DNA of 64,000 bases from positions 32,001 to 96,000 of the IMG/VR virus record IMGVR_UViG_3300028920_000044. One strand, 5' to 3'. Made by a program: the position numbers and the translations under genes. Positions 10,450 to 21,299 of this stretch are shown piece after piece (the first letter of the stretch is position 1; the number at the start of each line of letters is the position of its first letter). The notes below the pieces were generated by a model, which saw only the letters and a program-made list of their open reading frames with translations, ran no database searches and was not told the DNA's origin. This stretch comes from a virus.

Positions 10450-11022
10450 TTATTTAATCTCCACAAATCGAACAGATCCTAAACTTGTTGTTGACGTATT
10501 CTTCTCCATCTTTATTAGTTCTTGCGAAGATCCCCTTCTAACAGGAACAATTATGTACCCATTCTTTGATAACTGTTTGAATAGAAGAGGTGGTACACTA
10601 TTTGTTAACGCAGAAACGATTATGACATCAAATGGAGCTTTCTCTTTCCATCCTTTTTTACCATCACCAAACTTACTCGATACATTCCTAATATTCGATT
10701 TATTAATCCGAACTTTCGCTTTAATAAGTAAATGTCTATTTATTTCAATAGTGTAAACATGTTTACATAGACTTGCTATAAGAGCAGTTTGCCATCCAGA
10801 CCCTGTGCCCACTTCTAATACTTTTTTATTCTTATCTAATTTCGCCGCTTTTAAGACTATTTTAATAAGAGAGGGTGCAGAAGTAGTTTGTTTATGCTGT
10901 ATCGGTAATGGATCATCTGTATTAGCTAAATGACGAATTTCTAAATCCAAGAAATTCTCTCTCGGAATTTTTCTCATAGCTGTTGTTATCTTATCCTCAA
11001 ATAATCTTAAAATAGGTATCAT
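10450..11022 (-). CDS. pcm: Protein-L-isoaspartate O-methyltransferase
   Basis: AMRKIPRENF, QTTSAP, VLEVGTGSGWQTA, GDGKKGW..APFDVI, VRFVEI; probable start MIPILRLFE. Confidence 0.9.
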   Translation of the reverse strand: MIPILRLFEDKITTAMRKIPRENFLDLEIRHLANTDDPLPIQHKQTTSAPSLIKIVLKAAKLDKNKKVLEVGTGSGWQTALIASLCKHVYTIEINRHLLIKAKVRINKSNIRNVSSKFGDGKKGWKEKAPFDVIIVSALTNSVPPLLFKQLSKNGYIIVPVRRGSSQELIKMEKNTSTTSLGSVRFVEIK

Positions 11023-11044
11023 TTTCATATCTCTCAAGATTTCT

Positions 11045-11075
11045 CCCTTCCAAGAGAAACATTCTCCTGGAAGGG
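11045..11075. terminator. Intergenic 14-bp hairpin
   Basis: CCCTTCCAAGAGAA / TTCTCCTGGAAGGG; G-U pair on minus strand, T-tract on plus side. Confidence 0.5.
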
Positions 11076-11087
11076 GCTTTTTCTTTT

Positions 11088-14006
11088 TTAAATAGTCATC
11101 TTAAAATCAATATCATCAACATCCCAAAACCAGAAGTGTGGAGTATATGTAACAATGCCCAATTTATCATCAGCTATATTTCTCAATCCTTCTTCATCAG
11201 GAATTGTTTCTAATCCACTTGGTATTTCTGTACCCATCGAATCAGTTAATATAACCGATACACTTTTAATCCATTCCTGATCTGTATGAATTAAATCAAC
11301 AACTTGACTATTATAGAATACGATTTCCGTTCCTGTATGCACTGTTTGTAGCCAATCCGCAATCATTAATATAAATAAATCTTTCTTCTCAGAAACGTTG
11401 ATTCTTTTATTAACAATCATTTCAGAATCGACAATGACAGTGATCTGAAGTTTAAGTGGGAGAACAATGTCAAATGTGCTATATTCTTGAACTGTGAAAT
11501 TCTCAAGAAAGTAAGAGTCTGCAGTTAGACTATCAAGAAACCTAAACTGTAGATTATCTGATATCATTCTTTTACCTTCAACATTATTATCAACCACAAA
11601 TTGTTTAATCTTATCTAAATAATATTTTGGATCATCCATATAGGTATCATATCCTATAAGAGGAATATTAATTATATAACGATCCGTGTAGTCTAAAACA
11701 ATTCCATCATACACATTATGATCATACAACAAAACATTAAGTTGGTCTTTGATATTATACATTTGATTAATACTATAAGTAGAACTTTCAAATGAATGAT
11801 CGGTACCTTTTCTTCCAAATAATTCAATATGAAATTCAGCCCAAAAAATTCCATCTTCATCTGTATAATCATACACAAATTCAGTGTTATTCAAATTAAC
11901 TAATGATTCTCTATATATACTTCTTTCGCTTATTGTTATTTCAAAATTATATTCAGAAATATCTTGGTGAGATTTCAATCTAATATAGCTTGTTCTATTT
12001 GAATAATCATATTCGATTAGAAAATATAAAACTGGTATATCGTAATACGCTAATCCGGTGTTTTTAGCCTCAGAAAAATACACAGAAAATGAATCATAAA
12101 AAAGATATCCATCATACCACCCCATAAAAGAATTATAATAATAAAAAAATGGACTTACCATTACTTCCCCACCGATCGTAAATTTTGGGAAGAATGACAT
12201 ATTATAATTAATTGGATAATTACAAAAAACGAATGCAGTTCCATCATCAATAATAGAGTTAGTATTTACTCGTGTAAAAGAATAATTTATTCCATTATAT
12301 TTATATATTATGTATTCGTTTGCATTATCAACGGCGTCCCATGTAATAGAAACTGAAGTAGGATCATATACTTGAATTGTACCTATGTAGTTATCTCCAG
12401 AATATGATCCTGATAAAGTTAGAGTATAAATACCTCCTGCTATATCTTCACTTAATATTTCTAAAGCATCAGCATAATTGCCACCAGTGGGGTAAATAAA
12501 ATCTCCAGGAGACACCGCATCCCAGGCAACTGAATCAGTGCAAGTAACTATATTAGAATCTGTTTCAAATGTATACTCTTCTGTTATTAAAACATCTATT
12601 CCTGTCAAATTAACAGCTATATCAACTTCTTCACCAACAGTAAATTGATCTGTTGGTACTATTTTATAACTTAAATTTTCTGCTTTGACAAATCCTCCAG
12701 TTATAGTAGATAATGCTATATTCTGAACTTCTGATAAATAATCAATTTTCATGAGAGAATGATTAGTTGTTGGAGAAACAAGCTGGTATTTATCTCGAAA
12801 CGATCGACACAAATAAAATGTATTACTTGACACAACGGACTTCTTAAATAAAAATCTAAAGTCATTTAAATACTTTTCAGCAATATTATAAAAATCTCTC
12901 TCACTAACTAACATATCATAACTCTGAATATGAGCAACAACATCATTTCTTAATAAATCACCACTTAAAGGATCTAACCCATCTTTTGAATATTGAAAAT
13001 TAATCTTCACAAACTTCTCAGCATTTTGAGCAGGAAGAGATTCTATTTTATTTGCTTGACTTGCATCATAATAATTAGTTATAACTAAGTAATTCTTTGG
13101 ACCTACAAATACTTCTTTTGCAAGATTACCACTACCTCCCATTGTCACATCTACTCTAACAGTTATTTCAGCTGATGGAATGTATGCTCCTCGTATACCT
13201 GATCCAAATTCAATAACAAACTTTCGAGAAGTCAATTTTCTTAAAAACACAGTCTTAGAAAAACTTTCTTCAAAATATTTCACATAATTAACATTATATT
13301 CTTCAAGAAGATTACTAGAATCATCCTTTCGTTTAACCCAAACACGAATATCACTAATGTGCCCTTCATCAATTTCAATTACATAAGGATAATATGTACC
13401 AAAACTATAATTAGGTAATGTCAGAAAAAATTCTTGAACCTTGAATTGTTGTACATCTTTAAATGGTGCAATAACTTCAGCAGTAGCAGATGGTAATTGT
13501 TGTACATTACCTTCATTCGAAGTTATAATTGTGCTATATCCACTTAACGATTGCACAAATTTATATTTAGCATTTGTTATAAAATTGTATCCTTCATTCT
13601 CAAAAACGATCGAAGAATCATCTCCTATAACTGCTTCTCTTCGTATAACACCATTAGGTAGCTTTGGTAATAATGCAAAATCAAATATTACACTACCAAA
13701 CGCGTTAGAAGGAGTACCAAATGTTGGTAAATATCCATATGTAGCAGAGTGAAAATATAGATTCTCTGTTTCTTGTGCTGTGGCTACAAATGCTTCTTTA
13801 AATAGAGAATCATAATATTGCTTTGCATCAAAATTTGTATGTCCAAGAAGATTTAATAAGAATCCAACAAAACCCAATTTATTAATCTGTAAATCATAGA
13901 CTTGTAATTCACTCTTTAGTAACGTTGAATAATATTCTATGAATTCTTGTGGGCTTTTAAAATTTGTTACAGATATATCCGCCATTTCAACACCCCGTTC
14001 AATCAA
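11088..14006 (-). CDS. Baseplate wedge protein (T4 gp6-like)
   Basis: KEAFVATAQ..NLYFHSATYGY, FVIEFGSG, TMGGSGN, G.DPLS, LVSERDF resemble gp6-family segments. Confidence 0.75.
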   Translation of the reverse strand: MIERGVEMADISVTNFKSPQEFIEYYSTLLKSELQVYDLQINKLGFVGFLLNLLGHTNFDAKQYYDSLFKEAFVATAQETENLYFHSATYGYLPTFGTPSNAFGSVIFDFALLPKLPNGVIRREAVIGDDSSIVFENEGYNFITNAKYKFVQSLSGYSTIITSNEGNVQQLPSATAEVIAPFKDVQQFKVQEFFLTLPNYSFGTYYPYVIEIDEGHISDIRVWVKRKDDSSNLLEEYNVNYVKYFEESFSKTVFLRKLTSRKFVIEFGSGIRGAYIPSAEITVRVDVTMGGSGNLAKEVFVGPKNYLVITNYYDASQANKIESLPAQNAEKFVKINFQYSKDGLDPLSGDLLRNDVVAHIQSYDMLVSERDFYNIAEKYLNDFRFLFKKSVVSSNTFYLCRSFRDKYQLVSPTTNHSLMKIDYLSEVQNIALSTITGGFVKAENLSYKIVPTDQFTVGEEVDIAVNLTGIDVLITEEYTFETDSNIVTCTDSVAWDAVSPGDFIYPTGGNYADALEILSEDIAGGIYTLTLSGSYSGDNYIGTIQVYDPTSVSITWDAVDNANEYIIYKYNGINYSFTRVNTNSIIDDGTAFVFCNYPINYNMSFFPKFTIGGEVMVSPFFYYYNSFMGWYDGYLFYDSFSVYFSEAKNTGLAYYDIPVLYFLIEYDYSNRTSYIRLKSHQDISEYNFEITISERSIYRESLVNLNNTEFVYDYTDEDGIFWAEFHIELFGRKGTDHSFESSTYSINQMYNIKDQLNVLLYDHNVYDGIVLDYTDRYIINIPLIGYDTYMDDPKYYLDKIKQFVVDNNVEGKRMISDNLQFRFLDSLTADSYFLENFTVQEYSTFDIVLPLKLQITVIVDSEMIVNKRINVSEKKDLFILMIADWLQTVHTGTEIVFYNSQVVDLIHTDQEWIKSVSVILTDSMGTEIPSGLETIPDEEGLRNIADDKLGIVTYTPHFWFWDVDDIDFKMTI

Positions 14007-14009
14007 GGT

Positions 14010-14879
14010 TTAAATTTTATTAAATTTAGGGAATACTAAAGTATTAAGTTCATCTAATACCCAACTCTTTGTACCCTCTGAAACTACATATCCACGATAT
14101 GCTGCACAAAAATAACTAAAAGGTAATGTAGTTAATTCGTTGCCTGTGCGTTGTCCTATCAACTCTTTTGATGGTAAAGCTTGAGGAAATAGACCAATAC
14201 ATTTACCTACATATGTTATGTCTTTTAAATTTGGTTTATATTTGACTATATATATAGAAGCTGCATAATCTATTCCACCATATATTCCTCCGCTATCTTG
14301 ATGAAATTTGGTAATGTCTTGATTTAAATAATGAGGATGTGGTCTTATTTTACCTTCAATTATATCCCAAATATAATGAATCCATGCTTGATGGAATTTA
14401 TATATTGATAGTTCAGAATCATCTATATATGTGACAGACACTTGCTCCGAGGTACTGAATTCAGTTGCAAAAGGAATTGCCCCACTTCGACTAGATACTC
14501 GCTCTGAATTGACCTGTTCTTGAGGTGGTGTAAAATCAACAGCAGCAAACGTAACAAATTTTGTAATTCTATTTAATTCTTCACCTATTGAACTGTTCCC
14601 TTTGTATGTATGTTCACCGTGTTCACCAAACACTCTTTTATTACTAAAATCTTGATCTCTAGTAAGCCCACTTAAAGGAGGAGGGATCATGAACATAAAC
14701 GTGTAACCGTTTATATCAGGATTGTATCTATGAAGCATTGTATCATAAAAAAATCGCATCAAGTCGCTATCTTCTTTAGATTCCCCAAATATAATATCTA
14801 TAACATTGACATTTGCTAATTGAGAATTACTATCTTTCGGTGGAACAACTGTTAGCGCCATAATATTCTCCATGACCAA
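14010..14879 (-). CDS. Tail tube-like / baseplate-tube junction protein
   Basis: GYTFMFMIPPP, IYKFHQAWIHYIWD, DYAASIYIV, GLFP pattern of jumbo-phage tube-fold proteins; location. Confidence 0.55.
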   Translation of the reverse strand: MVMENIMALTVVPPKDSNSQLANVNVIDIIFGESKEDSDLMRFFYDTMLHRYNPDINGYTFMFMIPPPLSGLTRDQDFSNKRVFGEHGEHTYKGNSSIGEELNRITKFVTFAAVDFTPPQEQVNSERVSSRSGAIPFATEFSTSEQVSVTYIDDSELSIYKFHQAWIHYIWDIIEGKIRPHPHYLNQDITKFHQDSGGIYGGIDYAASIYIVKYKPNLKDITYVGKCIGLFPQALPSKELIGQRTGNELTTLPFSYFCAAYRGYVVSEGTKSWVLDELNTLVFPKFNKI

Positions 14880-14912
14880 TAGGGCCTAATGCGATTACAC
14901 ATTAGGCCCTAT
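14879..14912 (-). other. Intergenic hairpin
   Basis: ATAGGGCCTAATG / CATTAGGCCCTAT perfect 13-bp stem. Confidence 0.6.
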
Positions 14913-14920
14913 CAATTCTA

Positions 14921-16183
14921 TTAACTCCCGTATTGTCCACGGCATACAGTTTTGCTCATATTATAAATTAGACCATAAATCAATACATTTCGAATTTGAA
15001 TTCTTGTTACCTCACTATATCGATCATATACTTTAGTCAGGGCTTTCCCATCTGTATCTCTAAGATCATCATCAAAAATTTGTTTCAATAACATATTGCT
15101 AAGTTTCTGTATCTTTCGAGTATCCGGATTATTTTTACTCGAAATAATAACTTTCTTAACAATCGTTCTATAATTCGCTTTACAGATATCAATTTTATCA
15201 ACAACATTGGTCCGCGAAAGAATTACACTAATTAAATCATATAAGATATCATGATATTTATGATTATGAATAGATTGAAGTATTGCTTTAATAGTAACCT
15301 CTTTAACTTTAAATGACTGATTAAAACTTTTAATTAACGTACTAGGATAAGAGGGATTTGGATTCATTGTGATGTAATCGGTTACGTCATTTGTTATTTC
15401 ATCACGAATATGAACAGTAGAATATTGATCAAACCCTGGTTCATCATCACCCATACCAACGCTTGGGCTAGAAATAGACATGCCCATTTTATGTGCTTTC
15501 ATATAAAGAGGCAATAATCCACCTTGTGCTTCGTTTTTACCCGTTGTTATATTTCTTCTCGGGTTAAACATAAAGATCTGATTAATGCGACTATACATTT
15601 GTTCGAATAATCGTTTTAATTTAAAAGAATTTCTTTTAATCTCTGGTCCATATTTGAATATAAGTTTAGGAACATGATAATCATGAAGTAAGCTGATAGG
15701 ACTGTCATATTTAGATACACTATGCTTCTTAGTGATCATATGAGTTACAACATACTTCATGATTTTCTTGTCACAATATTTAATGTACCGTACCTTACGA
15801 CCATTCCAAACTTTCATCAAGCAGCACATCATTGCGTTTTTGTATATGTGTTCTTTCTTTCCCATCAAACCATAATATGTAAGTAATAATAAAATCTGAT
15901 AATATGGGTCACTATGCATAGCATTCTTCATAGCGCCCATACCCCAATCTTTTTTATATGCATTGTAAACATCAATTTGATCAATACCAATTATTTTGTA
16001 TAATTTTAATACGCCTGCCATTGGAAGCGTAAACTTGAAACAATACCCTTCATCAGATGACATAGATTGGGAGAATGCGGTACTCACAAACCTCGAAATC
16101 TCTTGATACACCTGGCGTTCTATTCGCGGATCAGCATGAAATATTTGCTGTAGTTCCTTATGAAGTTTCGTTATTTCTGACAC
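14921..16183 (-). CDS. Hypothetical protein
   Basis: 420-aa ORF with RBS AGGAG, GTG start. Confidence 0.75.
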   Translation of the reverse strand: MSEITKLHKELQQIFHADPRIERQVYQEISRFVSTAFSQSMSSDEGYCFKFTLPMAGVLKLYKIIGIDQIDVYNAYKKDWGMGAMKNAMHSDPYYQILLLLTYYGLMGKKEHIYKNAMMCCLMKVWNGRKVRYIKYCDKKIMKYVVTHMITKKHSVSKYDSPISLLHDYHVPKLIFKYGPEIKRNSFKLKRLFEQMYSRINQIFMFNPRRNITTGKNEAQGGLLPLYMKAHKMGMSISSPSVGMGDDEPGFDQYSTVHIRDEITNDVTDYITMNPNPSYPSTLIKSFNQSFKVKEVTIKAILQSIHNHKYHDILYDLISVILSRTNVVDKIDICKANYRTIVKKVIISSKNNPDTRKIQKLSNMLLKQIFDDDLRDTDGKALTKVYDRYSEVTRIQIRNVLIYGLIYNMSKTVCRGQYGS

Positions 16184-16212
16184 TTTTCATGCTCCTATTA
16201 TGATGATAAAGA

Positions 16213-16935
16213 TTAAACACATGTAGCAATAATCTTTGCGAGATTATGCATCTTCTTCTCGAAAGATTCAACAAGATCAACTAATTTATCTTGGTCAAAC
16301 ACTCTCCCATAATCGACATTGTCAGTAAGATATTGAATCCGAGCCCAAGAACCAAAAGGAAAAGAAACATTTCTAAGAAGGTTCTCAATAACAGCAACTT
16401 TAATACCAAATTTGATAGCTTCATCTGTATCGGTACCGTCTGTAATTAATGCAGCGATTGTATCTTTCGACGTATCGTAATACCGTTCTTTTCTTTGTTC
16501 GTCGTTAAGTTTGTAAAAGTTACGATCCAAGTTCTCGTAAATAGCTTTTGACAAACGTCTTTGAGCTTTTTCAAGAGAGTCATCTATAATTGATTCATTA
16601 ATCCCTTTCCCATAAAACTCAGGAACGATATTAACAAACTCATAAATTTTTCTTACATTTGTAAACAAAGCACTCATAACGCCTTCGATTTGAGGATGCA
16701 CACTCTCATCAAGCTTCTGAAATAGTTGATCATAGTACATCATATCAACTCTAATTTTTGATTCGAATGCAATTTGATCATAAGGTTTATAAAACCCTTT
16801 ACCCATATCCTTCTGCTTTGCAATTCGTTGTGCTTCTTCAAGAACTGTAACCCTTATACCTTTGCTCTCTGTAATCTTACTCAAAGCATCCCGAGATTCT
16901 CGCATAATATCCATCTGGGTATCTTCGGTAAACAT
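16213..16935 (-). CDS. Hypothetical, probable virion protein
   Basis: 240 aa, GGAGG RBS; N-terminal IxE/LxE repeats. Confidence 0.7.
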   Translation of the reverse strand: MFTEDTQMDIMRESRDALSKITESKGIRVTVLEEAQRIAKQKDMGKGFYKPYDQIAFESKIRVDMMYYDQLFQKLDESVHPQIEGVMSALFTNVRKIYEFVNIVPEFYGKGINESIIDDSLEKAQRRLSKAIYENLDRNFYKLNDEQRKERYYDTSKDTIAALITDGTDTDEAIKFGIKVAVIENLLRNVSFPFGSWARIQYLTDNVDYGRVFDQDKLVDLVESFEKKMHNLAKIIATCV

Positions 16936-16960
16936 AATATTTCCTCCATAAATGAAAATG

Positions 16961-19225
16961 TTAAATTCTGCCTTCTAACTCATTTCTCGTCATATTCTCG
17001 ACATAGGTCTCAAATGTACGAATGTTAGATTTATTGATTTGTGTCATATACTGAAGTTTATAGTATACTTGCCCACGCTTAGAATCTATGACAATTAAAT
17101 TTGGCACATCTAATCTTTGGTTAATAAATTTGACTATTCCCTTGACATAATTGTCTGTAACATTTAGCCCCTCCTCTACACCTTTAGATAACAAATGGCG
17201 CCAAGACTTTGAAACAACTGCTGCATGTAACATCACAATCGTCTCAAGTGGTACTACTAATGTATAGTTTGGTAAATCCAAAGCATCATTAGCAACAGTT
17301 TCAATTTCTATATCAATGTAATCGACATACTGACACACAGACCCCATCACAGCTACATAATATAATGTTCTAATAAAACTTTTAATATAACCCTTTGTCT
17401 GATTAATAAATTCTTCAACTGCTTCTATTAATTTATCTGGATCATCATGGTCTAATATATTTCGTCTTAATATTGCAATATTATCAGGTACACCTTGGGG
17501 GTTATATCTAAATTCTTGATGATATGTAATAACTATATTTTCAACAGCTTGATCAATTACTCTTTCAACTTTATCAAATATTGGTTTAGGGTTATTAATA
17601 ATTTTTCCTAATTGATATGCTAAACTTTGATGCATACTATCAAATTCTTCTCCAATATCGGTAGAAACTCGAGTAAACATGCCAAAACTTTCTTTAGTAA
17701 TCATTGGATCACTAAGCATCACATTTTTTAAATCCTCTGTTCTTGATTCTACTTTTTGGATTGCTTTACCTAAAGTCTTTGTACATATTGACTTCATAAG
17801 TTTAGCTTTGTTTTCATCAACCCCGGCACCTCTAAAAGAGTTTTCAACAGCAGAGAATACTTCTCCAGTTATTTTCGCTATTTCCCCCATTAAGAACTTA
17901 TCAAGCGTTTCTTCTTTTAACTTTTGATAATCAATAATAGATTCATGAGGATGTATTGTCATCAATAATGATTTCGTATACATATTGATATTGTAACCTA
18001 AATACGCCAAAAAATTATGAAGAACTAGATCGCTTAGTTCTCCCGCTTTTGGAGATAATGTTTTAACTGTTGATTCTATTTGTCCTGGGTTACGAGTCAA
18101 TCCAAATTGTGATCGTAAAAGATTATCATTAAGCATAAACTTAAAGAAAAGCTCTGCCTCTTTTAGATTCCCTTGTACGACATTTAATATATCAAATTCC
18201 TTCACAGGTTTGAATGTATCTCGTGGCATATTAGTTGGTACAACTGTAGGTACACCCTCTTTTCCAGGCGAATAGAGTTCTTTTGAAGCTATTTGGTCTT
18301 GTCTAGATAATGGTAATCTTGATGGTATCCTAGGATCAATCCACGTTTTTCTCCACCGTTTTACGGTTTCATATGGTTTCCCTATGGCTTTCTCAAAACG
18401 ATTTGATATTCTTCTACCAAAAGATTCTAATCCTTGTGCTATTTTAGGATGATCTGGAGCCAACCAAGAAATTAATCTGTCATGAAGTGTGTTTCTATCT
18501 TGTTCAGCATCAAACTTCGACATATTCGCTAAAAGATTCCAAGCTTCTTTCTCATCAAGACGTTTAATAACATTAAATATGTACTTAATATTTGTTTCAC
18601 CTTGCGGCCCACCAATTGGTTTCTTTAAAGCAATCGCTGTGGTTAAGACGTATGCAAGAGTTAAAGAATCAATAGAGTATGCTTTAGTACCAACAATTAC
18701 AGGGACATCAATTAAATTTTCTAGCGTTATTAACTCAACAAAAGGATTCAATTTCTTTACCCTTGGTTCAGTTGCTAGATATCTTTTGATAATAGCTGTT
18801 TTCTCTCTAATCTTTTCCTGGAGTTTATATTCATCCATTCTTGGTATAGCAGAAGGTTCTTGCATCTGATAAGATTGATAACTTCCAGATCCGCCTTGTC
18901 CTAATGAAGATTGAGAGATTAAAGTTTGCACATCTGATGAATTTCCGTTTTCATCAGTTAAAGAAAAACTTTTCGAAGCACTCGCTACTATATTCAATGC
19001 ATTGCTTACGAATATCTCCTTCAACATAGAAACAGCCATAAAGTTTCTCATCGTCTGTTCAAACTTCTGTAATCGCTTATCAAATAACATTGGGTATATA
19101 AATGTTAACTTAAATTGTTGGTCTATATCCTCTACACTGATGTTCTTAGCTCCTACATCAAAGGTCTTTACCTTTCTCAGGTTACGAGTTGCGCTTGAAT
19201 AAAGCTGTCTTCCTGTTAAATTCAT
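16961..19225 (-). CDS. Large hypothetical protein, probable virion structural protein
   Basis: 754-aa ORF in structural cluster. Confidence 0.7.
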   Translation of the reverse strand: MNLTGRQLYSSATRNLRKVKTFDVGAKNISVEDIDQQFKLTFIYPMLFDKRLQKFEQTMRNFMAVSMLKEIFVSNALNIVASASKSFSLTDENGNSSDVQTLISQSSLGQGGSGSYQSYQMQEPSAIPRMDEYKLQEKIREKTAIIKRYLATEPRVKKLNPFVELITLENLIDVPVIVGTKAYSIDSLTLAYVLTTAIALKKPIGGPQGETNIKYIFNVIKRLDEKEAWNLLANMSKFDAEQDRNTLHDRLISWLAPDHPKIAQGLESFGRRISNRFEKAIGKPYETVKRWRKTWIDPRIPSRLPLSRQDQIASKELYSPGKEGVPTVVPTNMPRDTFKPVKEFDILNVVQGNLKEAELFFKFMLNDNLLRSQFGLTRNPGQIESTVKTLSPKAGELSDLVLHNFLAYLGYNINMYTKSLLMTIHPHESIIDYQKLKEETLDKFLMGEIAKITGEVFSAVENSFRGAGVDENKAKLMKSICTKTLGKAIQKVESRTEDLKNVMLSDPMITKESFGMFTRVSTDIGEEFDSMHQSLAYQLGKIINNPKPIFDKVERVIDQAVENIVITYHQEFRYNPQGVPDNIAILRRNILDHDDPDKLIEAVEEFINQTKGYIKSFIRTLYYVAVMGSVCQYVDYIDIEIETVANDALDLPNYTLVVPLETIVMLHAAVVSKSWRHLLSKGVEEGLNVTDNYVKGIVKFINQRLDVPNLIVIDSKRGQVYYKLQYMTQINKSNIRTFETYVENMTRNELEGRI

Positions 19226-19241
19226 ACTTTACCTCTCGTAG

Positions 19242-20141
19242 TTAACATCTGATATCGGCATATATTGTTGTTATCTCTTTCGAAAACTTAGGATAAGTTT
19301 TCTTATAGTCTAATCGCATTTTATCTATTATATCACACATACGCTTTGAATCTTTCGGATAGCTTGACAGCGAAAAGAATGATTTAATACTATCCCAAGT
19401 TTTTTGTATCCAAGTGTGTGGTCTTGCTTTTCCACCAGTTAATTTATTAAACTTAAAGAACACCTTCGCTAAATCATCACCATATCCATATTTGACTGCA
19501 TATTCATCAGCATTCAATTCCCCCATATGATCAGCAAATGTTAAACTTCTAGAGAGAGCAAAAAGAGACAGAACAACAGGCAATAATATTAATGATACTG
19601 CGGGAAAAACAATAACTCTTAAAAGGGTAAGAGCTCCAATCAATAGCCCCCCCTTCGCAACCTGGTTTACTAGAGTCGGAAGTAACATAGAAAAATTAGC
19701 AGTGTGCTGATATATATGACCAATCTCATGCAATAATATCGCTGTAAGTTCTCTAGGTGTAAACATGTCTAATGTCTTCGTTCCAAATATAACATATATT
19801 CCCTTAATATATCTTGGAGATTCTTCAGCCTTAAACTTCTCTGTTTTTAGCTTATTCTCTCCATCTTTCTTAAAAACCTTCGGTAATGTTTGATTGTATT
19901 TTATAAATATACAAGCGTCATGCACATTTTCTTTGACTACAAAGTATACTGATTTTACTCCTGTAAAACTCTTTATATTTCTAACAAGGTCTACTATTTG
20001 TTGTTTATCCTTAGTATTTTTTCTAATACTATCAAAGTTCTTATCGATATTCTTTAACACAGGGGATCTTACTTTAGCAGCTTCAAACATTATATATTCA
20101 AAATTTCTATTGATATCTTCAATGATCAAATCAACATTCAT
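19242..20141 (-). CDS. Membrane-associated zincin metalloprotease (M48-like)
   Basis: ELTAILLHEIGH, hydrophobic hairpin, ELNADEYAVKYGYG. Confidence 0.8.
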   Translation of the reverse strand: MNVDLIIEDINRNFEYIMFEAAKVRSPVLKNIDKNFDSIRKNTKDKQQIVDLVRNIKSFTGVKSVYFVVKENVHDACIFIKYNQTLPKVFKKDGENKLKTEKFKAEESPRYIKGIYVIFGTKTLDMFTPRELTAILLHEIGHIYQHTANFSMLLPTLVNQVAKGGLLIGALTLLRVIVFPAVSLILLPVVLSLFALSRSLTFADHMGELNADEYAVKYGYGDDLAKVFFKFNKLTGGKARPHTWIQKTWDSIKSFFSLSSYPKDSKRMCDIIDKMRLDYKKTYPKFSKEITTIYADIRC

Positions 20142-20161
20142 TGATATCTCCTATATTCGAT

Positions 20162-20280
20162 CCTGGCCCCATACCGGGTGGAGAGGTCGGATAAACCCTG
20201 ACGCCCAAGATGGCAAAACACAAAACCCGCAAATTAAAAAGGGTAATGTTAAGAAAGCGTCATACCGATACGAGACCAGG
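20162..20280 (-). ncRNA. Candidate structured RNA, unassigned family
   Basis: 16-bp closing stem with 4 G-U pairs valid only on the minus strand plus inner stem UGACGCUU/GGGCGUCA; GC-rich intergenic island. Confidence 0.6.
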
Positions 20281-20283
20281 GAA

Positions 20284-21249
20284 CTATTTAATGTCACATA
20301 TCTTATAATAGTGACAAAAAAAGCATTTCTTTCGATTCACAAACTCATTATCACCAGGTGGTAAAGTATTGCTATCTAGAAACCCATTTATTTCTTTTAT
20401 TTTACGCCGAATAAAATCGTAATAAGGTTCGGCATCAAAAGTATTCGTATCTAACACCATTGAAGTTATGAAATAAAATGGATTTCTTTTTGAATTTAAT
20501 TGTTTCTTAATAGAATCTACAATTTTAAGTGCCATAGAGAAATCATCAATATCACTTGCAGTGATATCATGTGCGAGATAAATAAACTGTAACGTATCTA
20601 TATTATAATAGTCTAATGCTGGTTTATTTGATCTCGTTTTAATACTTTCATCTTTTGCTTCTGTAAGAAAATTCTCTAATACATACTTATAAGTCATTAC
20701 TTGATAAAAGTCTGCAATTCTAGGTTTTTGATCTCTGATAATCTTTTGATAATCTTTATATGTACAACTTTTAATCTCTGCTAGGACATTAAATCCCTTC
20801 AAATTATCTAATCTTCCACTAAATCGGATCGAAGGTATTTTTACAGATACTTCTGTTTCTGTAAATTGATCAGTTACTCCTTGAATGAAATCATGACATG
20901 CACTTCCAAGTGTCGCTCGAAAAGATAGGGGTAACCACTTGTCCCCAAATGATTTAATAGGTGTTTTAGAAAGTTTATAAATAATTTGTCTGATACAATT
21001 ATCTGCTACATCATATGCATTAATATTCGCGGCAACTTCGGCATAAACTCGATTCTTATTTTCTGCCTTTTCAGCTACTTCCCTTGAAAACACAGATACA
21101 TCAAATGGTTTAGCTCGTTCACTAACTACAGGAACAGATTCTTCCTGTATAGAATCCTGTGTTTTAGATGCCTGAGATGCCGTGATTTTTCTTTCGCCTT
21201 CCTTGCCATTAATTAAATTTACTACGCTATTAAATTCACTCAATTGCAC
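20284..21249 (-). CDS. Cas4-like PD-(D/E)xK exonuclease with Fe-S cysteines
   Basis: NCIRQ, GSACH, GRLD, AEIKS, YQVMTY, CFFCHYYKIC. Confidence 0.8.
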   Translation of the reverse strand: MQLSEFNSVVNLINGKEGERKITASQASKTQDSIQEESVPVVSERAKPFDVSVFSREVAEKAENKNRVYAEVAANINAYDVADNCIRQIIYKLSKTPIKSFGDKWLPLSFRATLGSACHDFIQGVTDQFTETEVSVKIPSIRFSGRLDNLKGFNVLAEIKSCTYKDYQKIIRDQKPRIADFYQVMTYKYVLENFLTEAKDESIKTRSNKPALDYYNIDTLQFIYLAHDITASDIDDFSMALKIVDSIKKQLNSKRNPFYFITSMVLDTNTFDAEPYYDFIRRKIKEINGFLDSNTLPPGDNEFVNRKKCFFCHYYKICDIK

Positions 21250-21299
21250 GCCTCCAATGTTATATCTTCGTCGTTAGTATTAATATTACTTTTAATACT

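Noticed and set aside
20284-21249. CRISPR-Cas system suggested by the Cas4-like gene
   Set aside because: No repeat-spacer array or other cas genes seen; solo Cas4-like nucleases are common in phages
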